From Bdellovibrionales bacterium (lineage in GTDB: Bacteria; Bdellovibrionota; Bdellovibrionia; Bdellovibrionales; UBA1609), in assembly GCA_041740515.1 (NCBI GenBank), contig JBGSLV010000036.1:4429-68428 (forward strand): DNA of 64,000 bases, read 5' to 3'. A program made the position numbers and the translations under genes. The notes beneath the pieces are model-generated. The model was not told the origin of the DNA and made no database searches. It worked only from the letters and a program-made list of their open reading frames with translations. Shown piece by piece: positions 1 through 10,024 of the stretch. Numbering within the stretch: the stretch's first letter is position 1; each line of letters begins with the position of its first letter.

Positions 1-169
1 CTATCAGGATTACCTTTAGTCTTCTTTGGTTCTACTATTCTTCTTTCCCTGAAATCCAGCTTTAGTCCTATCCAATTTAGCAAAATAAAATTCATATAAA
101 ATGGACACCATGCGATATGCTAAGTTTTGGTTTTAGACGAAATAGAAATGGCTCGAGTATGATCGCTCA

Positions 170-490
170 ATGGGAACGAAATTGTCGCAGCAAGATTTGG
201 AGTTATATCGAAGAATTGACGAAGTGCTTTTTTATCTTTGGGATCCAATCGGTGTCTCTGGCACACCTGAAGCGAGAGATGAATACCATGCGTACCTTCC
301 AGTGGTCTTCTCGATGCTAAAGCAAAATAAAGAACCAAATGAAGTGGCTAGATATTTAACGCGGATAGAACGTGAACGTATGGGTTTTGATGGAGGGGAA
401 AAACAAGACAAAAGGAATCTCGAGATAGCCCTTCTGCTCGAAGATCATAAGTTGGTTATTTTAGAGAAATTTAGCAGAACTGAAACATGA
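170..490 (+). CDS. small hypothetical protein (106 aa)
   Basis: ORF only; no recognisable motif. A GC-rich imperfect hairpin (537-554) followed by a T-rich stretch lies downstream. Confidence 0.35.
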   Translation: MGTKLSQQDLELYRRIDEVLFYLWDPIGVSGTPEARDEYHAYLPVVFSMLKQNKEPNEVARYLTRIERERMGFDGGEKQDKRNLEIALLLEDHKLVILEKFSRTET

Positions 491-773
491 CACTAGTATC
501 ATGTATCTTGGAAGCTAAATCTCGCTTACATTTATTATGGAAGAGCGGCCGGCAGCTCTGTGAGCATTAATAATTTTTCTATTTTCAATGCAATTCAATA
601 CTTCTGGATTTAATTCTAGCACTCTTTCTATCCTCTATTTTTTAAAAAATTCAAGTTTGCACGACAAGGATATTGTGAACCTCAATCAGAGAGAAAAATT
701 ATTTTAGCATCTGGTCCTAACGCTTTTATTGATGGCAATTGGAGAATTTCAAGTCTGCTAAATCTGCTGGAGC

Positions 774-1940
774 TTACTTTCTACGATGTTCAATAATGCC
801 TAAGGCGGATTTTAAGACATTTTCGGCTACTTTATCATTGGCTAGCTGTTCTCCATTCATCGAAGGAGTCCAGTGAATATTGGCTGCTTTGGCGGCGGCG
901 ATGAAATCAAACCATTCGACCCAGTCCTGCCGTATTGTCCCATTTATTATCGCCTCACGATAAATATCATTCAAAAAAGTCCATGAAACGTTATGTGATG
1001 ATGGATCAATTTTCTTAGAAAGAGGATAAAAAGGTCCACGCCCTTCAAAAATAAAATCAGGATTGGTTTTCAACTCCTGTCTCATCTTATCGAACTCCAA
1101 ACTTGCTTTTTTAGTCTTGGATAATAAACTGATGTCCAACTCAAAATTTAGGTGTTTTTGAATTAGTTCTTTTAATTGAAGTGCGCCCTTATCAATAGCG
1201 AAAGATACAGATTTTTTTAGACTAAACTGAGGTGTGTAGTTAACAAAATCTCTTTTTAAATCGCAATCTCCGCTGAGTTGAAATAACGATCCTCCTCCAA
1301 CGTCAGCGAAGACATACCATCCTTTAGGAAGACATTCGTGGGTCATGAAGCCTTGCCTTTCGCCAAGGTAGGGACTTTCAAGTTCAAGGAACATGGTGAA
1401 ACCCAGTTGCATAAGAATATCAACAGTCAATCCTACTCTATCTAAATAGCCGGCCTCGAGTTGTTTAACATTGATATCTTCGACCATATTGTCGTAAAGT
1501 TTACGGTGAAAAAACATTCCTGAAAGAAATTGGGAAAGATCCAACAAAATATTTTTATTACTTATCGAATCCGAACTATTTCTTTTTCCTGACTTCGAGC
1601 AGAGTTTTTCTTTTAGAGTTTGGTTGTTGCATACATCTTCAATGCTACAGCCAAAAAACTTTTCTATCGCATCAGTATTAGCATTTCTTTCGATGTTATT
1701 GAGTCCGCCATATTCGTTGTAAGTCCCTTTTATCGGAAAACATAAAACGTTATAGATATCATTGGGGTAAACGTAAAAACTTTGACTCTGGACATCAGTA
1801 AGTATTTTTTTATCTCGATCTTTTAACTCACCTCTGATTCCATAGTAATCATAAGATTTATGTAACAATGGCACATACACAGCCTGTTCTTTATAAGTAA
1901 TTGAAATTTTACTGATGCTACAACTCACATTAAAAGCCAT
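774..1940 (-). CDS. hypothetical cytoplasmic protein (388 aa)
   Basis: Long clean ORF with no signal peptide. No family recognised by eye. Carries a weak 'GGGS-x6-DCD' motif. Confidence 0.5.
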   Translation of the reverse strand: MAFNVSCSISKISITYKEQAVYVPLLHKSYDYYGIRGELKDRDKKILTDVQSQSFYVYPNDIYNVLCFPIKGTYNEYGGLNNIERNANTDAIEKFFGCSIEDVCNNQTLKEKLCSKSGKRNSSDSISNKNILLDLSQFLSGMFFHRKLYDNMVEDINVKQLEAGYLDRVGLTVDILMQLGFTMFLELESPYLGERQGFMTHECLPKGWYVFADVGGGSLFQLSGDCDLKRDFVNYTPQFSLKKSVSFAIDKGALQLKELIQKHLNFELDISLLSKTKKASLEFDKMRQELKTNPDFIFEGRGPFYPLSKKIDPSSHNVSWTFLNDIYREAIINGTIRQDWVEWFDFIAAAKAANIHWTPSMNGEQLANDKVAENVLKSALGIIEHRRK

Positions 1941-2112
1941 TCTAATTACACCTCACTATTTGTGACTAATGCCGGCACTACTAATTGTATCGCTTACTAG
2001 TCTAATTTTCTAGCCCCTGTGTTCTAAAGTATAAAGATCGCGAGTCTCATTTCAATTCTAAATCAGTAGTTCAGTTATCACTTGGTTTCTTTGAGCAACC
2101 AACTGTCGCAAT

Positions 2113-2146
2113 CCTGCTTAGTGATAAAGCGGGCTTTTTCTTTTTT
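2113..2146 (+). terminator. orphan intrinsic-terminator-like hairpin (CCUGCUU-N7-AAGCGGG with one G-U pair, then CUUUUUCUUUUUU) on the plus strand
   Basis: No plus-strand ORF lies upstream. The structure is strand-specific (the minus-strand reading has a C-A mismatch and no U-run). Confidence 0.4.
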
Positions 2147-2321
2147 CAGAAACGCTAACTTTAAAATTAAATTTTATTTTATACCATTGTATTAATACAT
2201 AATTATTAATTTTTAATCTTGATTAACTTCTGATACTTTAAATAATTTTATAGAGTTTAATAGGAGTTAGTAGATTGGGAAGATACCTCTATAGCAACTC
2301 CTTGAAAAAGACCCAAATATG

Positions 2322-3407
2322 TTATCTCTCTTGACCTATTAAAAGTGGAATTAATTGTGGTATTTGAAAAGTCGCTGGCTTATGTTTAATAGAAACTTGG
2401 TCATTTTTTATTTCTAAAGCTAACTTTTTGAGTCGATTTATAACATATGTTTTATATTCAGGACTTGTAGGATTATAATTCTCTTGAACAAAATTTAGTT
2501 GTTCTTGTAAAAACACAAGTGTATTTGATTTACCTTCGTTTTTCCAAATAGCAAAAGCGTGTTGTTCAATATGCCCATTGTTGGGGTGGTTACTTTTTGA
2601 AATCTCAGAGAAAATCTCTTTTTGAAGTTGGTAATCTTCGGTTTCACGATGTTTTAAACTTAAATAAGACTCTTCTTTAGGGTAATTCCTTTCAAAATAG
2701 CTTTTTACATCAGTCAAAATAGAGTCTTGGGGTGAAAATATCCCGAACTCCATCAACACATATAAATTGATGGACTTATTTTCACTGAATCTTAAATACA
2801 TCTCTTTTAACAGAGGTTCAGATTTTTTAAAGTCATCAACAATAAATGATTTTTTATGAAATCTTTGTCCAAGATACAGTCCAAAAAGCTCGTGATCTTC
2901 TAATTTTTTTAGGTCCGAATTTAGTAGTTCTGCGTTTTTTAATAAAAACAAAGAACCTTTAAAACCCAATAAAAAATCCAAACACGAAGTATTAGATGTA
3001 TTTGTTGATTCAAGATCTTTACAGCTATTAAAGAAAAGCATGTGATTTTCTATATTATCTTTAAAATCATCTTTTAGACAAGCTAAGGACTTCTCCCAAA
3101 AATGCTCATCAAGTTTTAATGCAAAAAAATCCCGTGAATTTAAAACCTCAAATGTCTGCACGCAATTTTTAGATAATTGCTTCTGACTATTATTTTTGGA
3201 TTCATCAATAATTAATTTGGATTTTTTAAAAGGCTTGGCGATAGATTTAATATCTAATTTTTTATTTTGAGATTTTGATAAATTTGTTTCTGTTTTACTA
3301 ATAGCTTTAGATTTATTTTTTACAAAATTTGAATTTTTATCAAAAAATAAAATCCAAATAAGAATTGTAAGAAAAGAAAAAGCTAAGTATTTATATTTTA
3401 TCTTCAA
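2322..3407 (-). CDS. hypothetical Lys-rich protein with an N-terminal membrane anchor (361 aa)
   Basis: N-terminal hydrophobic helix (LAFSFLTILIWILFF) followed by a K/N/S-rich region. No recognisable domain. Confidence 0.5.
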   Translation of the reverse strand: MKIKYKYLAFSFLTILIWILFFDKNSNFVKNKSKAISKTETNLSKSQNKKLDIKSIAKPFKKSKLIIDESKNNSQKQLSKNCVQTFEVLNSRDFFALKLDEHFWEKSLACLKDDFKDNIENHMLFFNSCKDLESTNTSNTSCLDFLLGFKGSLFLLKNAELLNSDLKKLEDHELFGLYLGQRFHKKSFIVDDFKKSEPLLKEMYLRFSENKSINLYVLMEFGIFSPQDSILTDVKSYFERNYPKEESYLSLKHRETEDYQLQKEIFSEISKSNHPNNGHIEQHAFAIWKNEGKSNTLVFLQEQLNFVQENYNPTSPEYKTYVINRLKKLALEIKNDQVSIKHKPATFQIPQLIPLLIGQER

Positions 3408-3642
3408 TACTACAAACTCCTAAGATAAAAATTTAACTTTCTTAATATTAATAAATTTGTAAAACCGCAGTCTTTATAGTTTCATAATTCCATACAAATT
3501 TAATAGGCATTTAATAAACAAATAATAAGTCTAAAGTTAAAAAATTAAAAGTCGCAATAAGATTAAATAGTATACATACAGTTCCAACAAGAAAAGTTAA
3601 ACTAAAGCGGGTAAAACAAATAATCGCTATATTTAAAATTTA

Positions 3643-4212
3643 TTAGTGATTATCCCAAACACAAATCACACCGGATCTGTGCAATCGATTAATTGGGGCA
3701 AAATCAAATGAGTTATCTCGGCCAATGAAACTCCAGACAAAAAGACTATAGTCATCCTGGGGCATATGAAAATTTCCGTCAAAAGAGGTTGAAGTCCAAA
3801 AGCTATAATTAGCTAGACCCTTTATCAATTCAGTCTTTGTCCCACGCTTAAATGGGCTATACTTTGTCGAAGGGAGCCAACCCTCCTGATGACCAAGAAA
3901 TTGAACTAGACGGATAAATTCAAAATATTCAGGTAACCGAGCGTCAAGATCGGAACATGCTTTTTCTGCTTGCTCATAGGAGGACTCAAAAATCATATCA
4001 CTCCAGATAAGACCATTTTGATCCTCAAGTCCATCAATTAATAAATCGGAAGAACGATAATGGGTCGGATTTTCTTCAACAACTTTTAATTTACTTTTGA
4101 TTCCATTGCTATATCTATCATGTTTAGTATCTGTCCCATACCTATTTATTTCACCGTATGAAATTTGTGTACATAGGATTAACCCTAAACCCAATCCTAA
4201 TAATCGTGGCAT
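3643..4212 (-). CDS. DUF1566 (Lcl C-terminal domain-like) secreted/lipoprotein
   Basis: 'GLIWSD...AEKACSDLDARLP...FWTSTS...RSGVICVWD' matches the DUF1566 fold signature. The internal Met at 4212 is preceded by a GGAAGG RBS and followed by the signal peptide MPRLLGLGLGLILC. The ORF track extends to 4281. Confidence 0.6.
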   Translation of the reverse strand: MPRLLGLGLGLILCTQISYGEINRYGTDTKHDRYSNGIKSKLKVVEENPTHYRSSDLLIDGLEDQNGLIWSDMIFESSYEQAEKACSDLDARLPEYFEFIRLVQFLGHQEGWLPSTKYSPFKRGTKTELIKGLANYSFWTSTSFDGNFHMPQDDYSLFVWSFIGRDNSFDFAPINRLHRSGVICVWDNH

Positions 4213-4530
4213 GACAACCTTCCATTTTTTTAAATCTGTTAATTCTACACTGCAAGTTAAGGACCAAATTGTTAAGCGCAATTTACTTTCAATTCAAAAA
4301 TCTATATTTTTATTACCCCTAAGCTTGATGACGGTTTTTGGCACTTTCTCCCCATAACACGCAAAGTAGACCTGAAGTCACAGTACACAGCTTTCAATCT
4401 ATCATTGATGAAAACGGTCGAATTCACCTTATGGACACTCTGCGACTTATAAAAAAATGCAAGTGCTCACTTTTAGAACTACTGCTACTTTTAACAGATG
4501 GGCCGACACGTAATTGCTTCTTTTAAAGGT

Positions 4531-5247
4531 ATGTCAATTGTTGTTCCCGCTTATAACGAGGAGAAGGCACTGCCTTTGACTTTGGCATCGATAAACCATG
4601 CCCTATTAGAATTACAAACCCATGTTAACATCAAATCCGAAATTATTGTCGTTGATAATGTCTCTACAGATTCAACGGCTGAAGTGGCCAAGAGTTTTGG
4701 CGCGCGGGTAATCCGTCACGAAACTAGAAATATCGCATCGGTTCGAAATGCGGGAATACAAGCTGCAGCCAACGAATTGGTCTTAACGATAGATGCTGAT
4801 ACTTTAGTTCCGAAGCATGCCTTTATAAAAATTTGGCAGTCCATGAAAACTGGTCGCTATGTTGGTGGTGGCGTACGAGTGGGAGTTAGTGGGCCACGAA
4901 AAACTTTTAAGATTTTAGTAACAACACTTGATGCCGCCATGTTTATGGTGACTAGACTTTCGGGCGGTCTCTTTTTTTTCGACAAGCAAGCCGCTATTGC
5001 AATTGGTGGCTTTCCAGAAGGATTCATGGCGGCCGAAGATATAGCTTTTGCGCGCCAACTGAAACGATTTGGTGCAAAGACTGGGCTTAAATTTCTTAAC
5101 CTCCATACGGTTCGAATCCTTACGATGGATAGAAAAAAGGCTTCCATTTCACAAAGTCTTAGGGCTTTTGGCAGCGGCATCAAAGCTTATTTAGGATTTA
5201 AACTATCGAATCAAGAACTTTCATATTGGTATGATCCTGATCGATAA
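4531..5247 (+). CDS. family 2 glycosyltransferase
   Basis: 'SIVVPAYNEEKALPLTL...VVDNVSTDSTAEVAKSFGARVI...TIDADT' are classic GT-A/GT2 motifs. ATG at 4531 has an AAAGG RBS. GC content is visibly higher than in neighbouring genes. Confidence 0.75.
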   Translation: MSIVVPAYNEEKALPLTLASINHALLELQTHVNIKSEIIVVDNVSTDSTAEVAKSFGARVIRHETRNIASVRNAGIQAAANELVLTIDADTLVPKHAFIKIWQSMKTGRYVGGGVRVGVSGPRKTFKILVTTLDAAMFMVTRLSGGLFFFDKQAAIAIGGFPEGFMAAEDIAFARQLKRFGAKTGLKFLNLHTVRILTMDRKKASISQSLRAFGSGIKAYLGFKLSNQELSYWYDPDR

Positions 5248-5393
5248 CTAAAAATATTTAATTATAGATCCAAAGCTTTTAAATTAAAGCAAATTTTAAC
5301 TTGTCTAATAAGCTTTAACGTTCAAATATTGATTATAGTCTTTTGTTTGGATTCTAATTTCGCATCTTAAATATTTTTTTGCACTGGAGCTTC

Positions 5394-6176
5394 ATGAAAC
5401 TTTACTTCATAATTTTGCAAGTCATTTTTTTTCAAATTTTATTAGCTTCTAATATATGGGCCAGTCCATTCTTTGCCAAAGAGAAGTTTCAGGTCGCTTT
5501 GGGTTTGCAAGCCGACTCACTGATTTATAAGCGAGGCATTATTACTTATGAAGGTCCTCAAGCCTTTCCAATTTATGCAGTGAGTTTATTTCATCCCGAT
5601 TTAATTTTGGCGGGCAGCGCCTTATACTATAAACAAAGAGTACTTTATGAAAATCTATATTTTCGAACACGACTTAATGTGAATTCAACAAACGATACGC
5701 CACTTTATTTTACAACTGAAAAAGAAGAAGACAGAATTCGAAGAGAAGACACAACTGAGCTTGACCTTTTCCTTGAGTATTTAATGCCCAACGAAAGTTT
5801 TTTGCGACTTAACTTGAGCCAAGATTTAGTAGCACACAAAGGACATTACTTAGAGCTTAGAGCAAGATTAGGTCTTCTAAATTTAATAAAAAACGAAGGT
5901 GAAAGAGCACTTATTCAGGCTGGGCTATTTGTCGCTGCTGGCTATGGGGACCAACGACATAATGAGTATTTTTACGGGCAAGGAGCCAATAAAAGTGGAG
6001 TTAACAATATTGAATATGGAATTTCAGTCGTAAGTCCAAAAGTGATTGATTTGTTTTGGCCGACTTTTACTATATCAAGATTTCATTTGTTGGGAGAAGA
6101 AAATAAAAATGGCTCTTTTGTCCAAGAACTTAAAGGTTGGTCAGCACAAGCTCTATTTGCTTTTAAAGTATGGTAA
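5394..6176 (+). CDS. putative outer-membrane beta-barrel protein (MipA/OmpV-like)
   Basis: Signal peptide MKLYFIILQVIFFQILLASNIWA with a GGAG RBS. Alternating amphipathic strands and a C-terminal aromatic residue (FKVW). The family call is tentative. Confidence 0.4.
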   Translation: MKLYFIILQVIFFQILLASNIWASPFFAKEKFQVALGLQADSLIYKRGIITYEGPQAFPIYAVSLFHPDLILAGSALYYKQRVLYENLYFRTRLNVNSTNDTPLYFTTEKEEDRIRREDTTELDLFLEYLMPNESFLRLNLSQDLVAHKGHYLELRARLGLLNLIKNEGERALIQAGLFVAAGYGDQRHNEYFYGQGANKSGVNNIEYGISVVSPKVIDLFWPTFTISRFHLLGEENKNGSFVQELKGWSAQALFAFKVW

Positions 6177-6212
6177 AAAATAAGTAAGGTTTAATCTCAA
6201 AATTACTTAGCC

Positions 6213-6584
6213 TTATTTAATAAAAATCAGTATCCACACCCCATAACCTACCACGGCGACTGCGCCCGCAAAATGAGTCAGCGAGGCTTTTTGATCACCG
6301 CAGCTTCTTACAACCATAAAATCCGACAAAGCCACAAGCCCGATACAAAATTGAATTAAAGCCATCTGAAGCCATAACTGATTAAAGTATAAAATTAAAA
6401 CAGTTAGACCCATAAATATATCCCTAATCCCAACACTTCTGACATAAGCTGTGGCCGTTCCACTTGCTTTGATACCAAAATTTTTGGACATAGGCTCTGG
6501 CTTCAAGATAGCGCCTAAGCCAATAAAAATTGTGGTTAAACCTATAAAAGGTGCTACAAAGTAAGAAAGTGCAATAAAGTCCAT
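6213..6584 (-). CDS. small 4-TM membrane protein (DUF4267-like)
   Basis: Four hydrophobic helices in 123 aa. The family assignment is tentative. Confidence 0.45.
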   Translation of the reverse strand: MDFIALSYFVAPFIGLTTIFIGLGAILKPEPMSKNFGIKASGTATAYVRSVGIRDIFMGLTVLILYFNQLWLQMALIQFCIGLVALSDFMVVRSCGDQKASLTHFAGAVAVVGYGVWILIFIK

Positions 6585-6752
6585 AATAAGCCCTCGGCAA
6601 TTGTTTTATTTTAGTTAATTCAACCACCATTTAATGACTAGGATCAAGTGAAGTAAAGGGTTTACCCAAAAATCATTATACTTATGGATTGCAAAAATGT
6701 TGAAATATGTTACTTGCCCTAATAAGTCATTTAAACCCTTGAAGGAGATTTT

Positions 6753-7043
6753 ATGAAATTAGCTAGTTTAGTAATTGCAGCATTAATGAGTTTTTCTTGT
6801 TCCGCTTTTGCAAAAGATTATAAACAATTGGCCGCAGAGATTGTTACCAACATGTATGGTCAACCTGGTGATAGCGTTGTTGTAAACCATTTTTCAAATC
6901 CAAATGCTTTTCAAGTTGTTCTTTCAAATGGGGCAACTGTTGGTAGCGCGTCCTATACGGTCGAATTTTTTGAAAATGAGGGTGGAGCTGATGAAGGTGA
7001 AGTAGTTGCCAACATCAAAGTCACTTATGAAGGTGGAAACTAA
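6753..7043 (+). CDS. small secreted protein (96 aa)
   Basis: Signal peptide MKLASLVIAALMSFSCSAFA. Confidence 0.45.
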   Translation: MKLASLVIAALMSFSCSAFAKDYKQLAAEIVTNMYGQPGDSVVVNHFSNPNAFQVVLSNGATVGSASYTVEFFENEGGADEGEVVANIKVTYEGGN

Positions 7044-7136
7044 ATTTATAAGTTTTAGCAAAAATTATGTTTAATTAAAAATTTACAAATCCTGTGTTTG
7101 AAACACAGGATTTGTGGTTTAAAGAAAACCACTTTG

Positions 7137-8366
7137 TCAAAGCTGTGCTTCGTCGCTCGTAATATCCTCATTGGCAATTTGTAAATAGTATTTAATGACT
7201 AACAAACGCGAACTATATTCAAGCCAAAAATTTAGCGGATCAGTTTTTTGTAAGTTTATAGCCCTAGCAAGCCTATCCCAAGCTTGCGAAAAATTTTGCT
7301 TGGCTTGAGTCGCCTCAAAATTAGAACTAATAAGCATAATTTCAAAATGATGAAGCCTGTGATGTATATACCCATGCGCTTCTCTAGGCGCGACCAGATG
7401 AGATTGTGGAGGTACAGGCAGCAATCCGTTCAAAACCAGAAGATTAAAAAAATCTAGGACACTGGCTGCATTTTGCGAGCCACTTTGATCGACAAAGTAG
7501 CTTAGAGCTATGGGATGATTATACAAACTTAAATCTAAACTGGCTTTGAAATCTTTTGGCAAATCTTGACCAATTTGGGTTTCGGCAAAGCATTTTAAAT
7601 TTTTAGCGCCCCATAAGATTAATTTTACTTCCCCTTTTGAGGTTGAAATAAAAGCGATTTGATCTAATAAAAAATGAATAAGTGTTGCCAGATACTCTAA
7701 CCTGTTTTTATCGGCAAAAGGTTGATTAGTAGAATTAGTAAAAAGCTGTGCCGCTGAACTTAAATCCCCTAAAATTACGGCTCGTTGATAGAGCTGAATC
7801 GCCAGCTCAAAATGTTGCCTTAAGTTAGGTTGAGCCATAAGAAGACTTACGGAAATAAGATCGTCGATGTTAAGTAGTGGAATTTTTTTATGGGCATAAA
7901 GTTCAAATAAATAACTGTCATCCAAGACCCCTGTTCTCTCATCAAAAAAAAGTTGCACAGAGCCTGCTTTGGTATTTTTATAAGGGAAGGCTTTGACCTG
8001 ATCAGCATAGATGAATTCATACCCCGGCAGAAAAGTTTTTGCCCAAATAGCTAAATCATGCTTTAGCATTTCAGGAAACTGACCTTGAGATCTTTGCAAA
8101 ATATTAAAAAGCTCAGGTGCACCTTTCATACTTTCGATACCGTGTTTAAAAAATTCAACAGCCTTAATGAAAGCATCTATCGAAGTGTTTTTTGAAGAGT
8201 TGTTTGCATCCGCTAGTTTCGGAAAAGGCAGTTTTAGAGTCTTAGATATATGCATAAGAGGCTCTTTAAGATTTGAAGCCGCTAAGTAATTTGAACAGGT
8301 CATTTCTGCCACTGCGCTCTTTGAAGCAAATACCAAAACCAATATAACTAAATTTACAAACTTCAT
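7137..8366 (-). CDS. secreted hypothetical protein (409 aa)
   Basis: Signal peptide MKFVNLVILVLVFASKSAVA. Overlaps the upstream gene by 4 nt (ATGA), indicating an operon. Confidence 0.55.
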   Translation of the reverse strand: MKFVNLVILVLVFASKSAVAEMTCSNYLAASNLKEPLMHISKTLKLPFPKLADANNSSKNTSIDAFIKAVEFFKHGIESMKGAPELFNILQRSQGQFPEMLKHDLAIWAKTFLPGYEFIYADQVKAFPYKNTKAGSVQLFFDERTGVLDDSYLFELYAHKKIPLLNIDDLISVSLLMAQPNLRQHFELAIQLYQRAVILGDLSSAAQLFTNSTNQPFADKNRLEYLATLIHFLLDQIAFISTSKGEVKLILWGAKNLKCFAETQIGQDLPKDFKASLDLSLYNHPIALSYFVDQSGSQNAASVLDFFNLLVLNGLLPVPPQSHLVAPREAHGYIHHRLHHFEIMLISSNFEATQAKQNFSQAWDRLARAINLQKTDPLNFWLEYSSRLLVIKYYLQIANEDITSDEAQL

Positions 8367-9343
8367 AAATTCTCCCCGACCAATGGTGTAGAGTTTCGGG
8401 ATTGTAGAATTTTTCTAAAATCATTGCCACTAATGCCAAGCACATACTCTTGAGAGCCATCGGGTAGATTTATAGTTTCTAATAATGTCATTTGATAGCG
8501 ACTTCGAAACAGTCGTAAGTGTATGGGGGTTGCCACGTGAGCGACAAAGTAGGAATTTGGAAAGTGTCGTAAATAGTAATTTTCTAGAAAAAGTTCGAAG
8601 GATTTTAAAATGGCATTGGTCTGTTTTAAATTACCTTTAGCGGTTAAGCGACCAATTTCAAAAAGTCTTAGCCCTGGGTTTAATAGTTTTAGCTGCATAA
8701 GTTTATTAGATAAACTATCACTGTTTAAATTACGAAAATCTAAACTTATTTCAACTGGCAGTTTAGGCGGTAATTCGGGGTATTGCACATATACTCTGTC
8801 TGGTGAAGCATCGTAGACTTGAATGGTTCCCAGAATCTCCCGGGGGCCGTAGTAGCCACTAGGATCAAGAACAATATCCGCTTTGTCGCTCCTTAAGGGA
8901 TCTAACTGCTGGTTAAGAGACTTCACTAAATGCAATACATTTACATTAAAAGTATGGGAGTACCAATCTAGAATATGAGTCATAAAAGATTCTCCAGGAC
9001 CGGGGAACATTCGACCTATCCGAGTGGATTTGGGGTCTCCTTGTGGGGCGAACACATAAGAGCCATGGCGTTTGTTGATGTGAGTGGCCTCAATTTCCCC
9101 GGGTTTTATACTCACAGGAAGATTCACCGCCCAGTCTAACCTGACGGGCTTATTGTCGTTTAGCTTTTCGATAAGACTTAGTGCTTCTATGATTAATCCG
9201 CCGTCACGGACAAAATCAAATCCTGGGCGATTGTAAAGATAGGACGCGCAACTAACTTGAGCGGCGATTGGATGAGTTAATACCATCCAGGTTAAAAACA
9301 TAAATAATTTAAACTTTAATTGCATATATTGAAGTAAATGCAA
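8363..9343 (-). CDS. secreted hypothetical protein (326 aa)
   Basis: N-terminal signal-like region. Lies 21 bp downstream of the TetR gene on the same strand. Confidence 0.55.
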   Translation of the reverse strand: MHLLQYMQLKFKLFMFLTWMVLTHPIAAQVSCASYLYNRPGFDFVRDGGLIIEALSLIEKLNDNKPVRLDWAVNLPVSIKPGEIEATHINKRHGSYVFAPQGDPKSTRIGRMFPGPGESFMTHILDWYSHTFNVNVLHLVKSLNQQLDPLRSDKADIVLDPSGYYGPREILGTIQVYDASPDRVYVQYPELPPKLPVEISLDFRNLNSDSLSNKLMQLKLLNPGLRLFEIGRLTAKGNLKQTNAILKSFELFLENYYLRHFPNSYFVAHVATPIHLRLFRSRYQMTLLETINLPDGSQEYVLGISGNDFRKILQSRNSTPLVGENL

Positions 9344-9364
9344 TCTCTGTTCCAGACTAGAAAG

Positions 9365-10024
9365 CTATAAACTCTTATAAAGAAGCAGTTGCTCTTTTAG
9401 TATGAGCATAATCTGCTCCTGCTCGTCTTGGATATCAGCTCCTTTACCTTGCCTTAAGAGATGATCAAAAGAAGCGAATAAAATCATATGAATCGATCTG
9501 GTGCGACGGTAAAGATCAGGTTTAGACCAATGAGGGTAAGCCAAATTTAGCGCGTTTTGTATGCGAATAAAACCAGACTGAACTTCCGTTTTATAAATAC
9601 GACCCACTTCAGATCGTTCGGCAATGGCTGTCATTAAGGAGGAGATTCGACATAAATGGGGATATTCCGCAATCCATAAAAATATAGCCTCGGCCATTCT
9701 TAGTATGGTTTCGTCATAAGAGTTGGGTGGATATTTTAATATCAGATTTACAGTCGTTGTCCGACCTGTTTCGATCAAACATCGAAGCACGTCCTCTAAT
9801 ATTTCATCCATAGATTTATAGTGATACCTAAGTTTCTGCACCGACATTCCTGCCACTTTAGCCACGGCATTTAAGGACGTAGTTTGCGTGTCAGAATTCA
9901 ATATTGTAGCAATTGCCGCCCTTAAAATGTCACCTCGAATGCCACTTTCAAAGGAAACAGCAAGTTTAACGGCTTTAGGGAGGATTTTTTTATGCATTTT
10001 CATATTATAACAAAAAATTTTCAT
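9365..10024 (-). CDS. TetR/AcrR family transcriptional regulator
   Basis: N-terminal HTH 'ILRAAIATILNSDTQTTSLNAVAKVAGMSVQKLRYHYKS'. The true start is probably the internal Met at 10003 or 9997, because a palindrome overlaps the annotated ATG. Confidence 0.7.
   Translation of the reverse strand: MKIFCYNMKMHKKILPKAVKLAVSFESGIRGDILRAAIATILNSDTQTTSLNAVAKVAGMSVQKLRYHYKSMDEILEDVLRCLIETGRTTTVNLILKYPPNSYDETILRMAEAIFLWIAEYPHLCRISSLMTAIAERSEVGRIYKTEVQSGFIRIQNALNLAYPHWSKPDLYRRTRSIHMILFASFDHLLRQGKGADIQDEQEQIMLILKEQLLLYKSL

Noticed and set aside
120-338. 72-aa minus-strand ORF overlapping the 170-490 ORF
   Set aside because: Mutually exclusive overlap. Neither has support beyond length. I retained only the longer plus-strand ORF, at low confidence.
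537-554. GC-rich imperfect palindrome AGAGCGGCCGGCAGCTCT after the 106-aa ORF
   Set aside because: Only a 5-bp clean stem. It stands out mainly because of GC content. Weak terminator at best.
774-1940. 'VGGGSLFQLSGDCDL' as a cGAS/DncV-like nucleotidyltransferase active site (CBASS cyclase)
   Set aside because: G[GS]-to-DxD spacing is 6 residues versus the 9-13 expected. There is no flanking h[DE]h pattern or third acidic residue. Kept only as a low-interest note.
4857-5183. ORFs 4857-5183(-) and 4915-5106(-) inside the GT2 gene
   Set aside because: Antisense to a well-supported GT2 coding frame with GT-A motifs. They are favoured only by the locally high GC.
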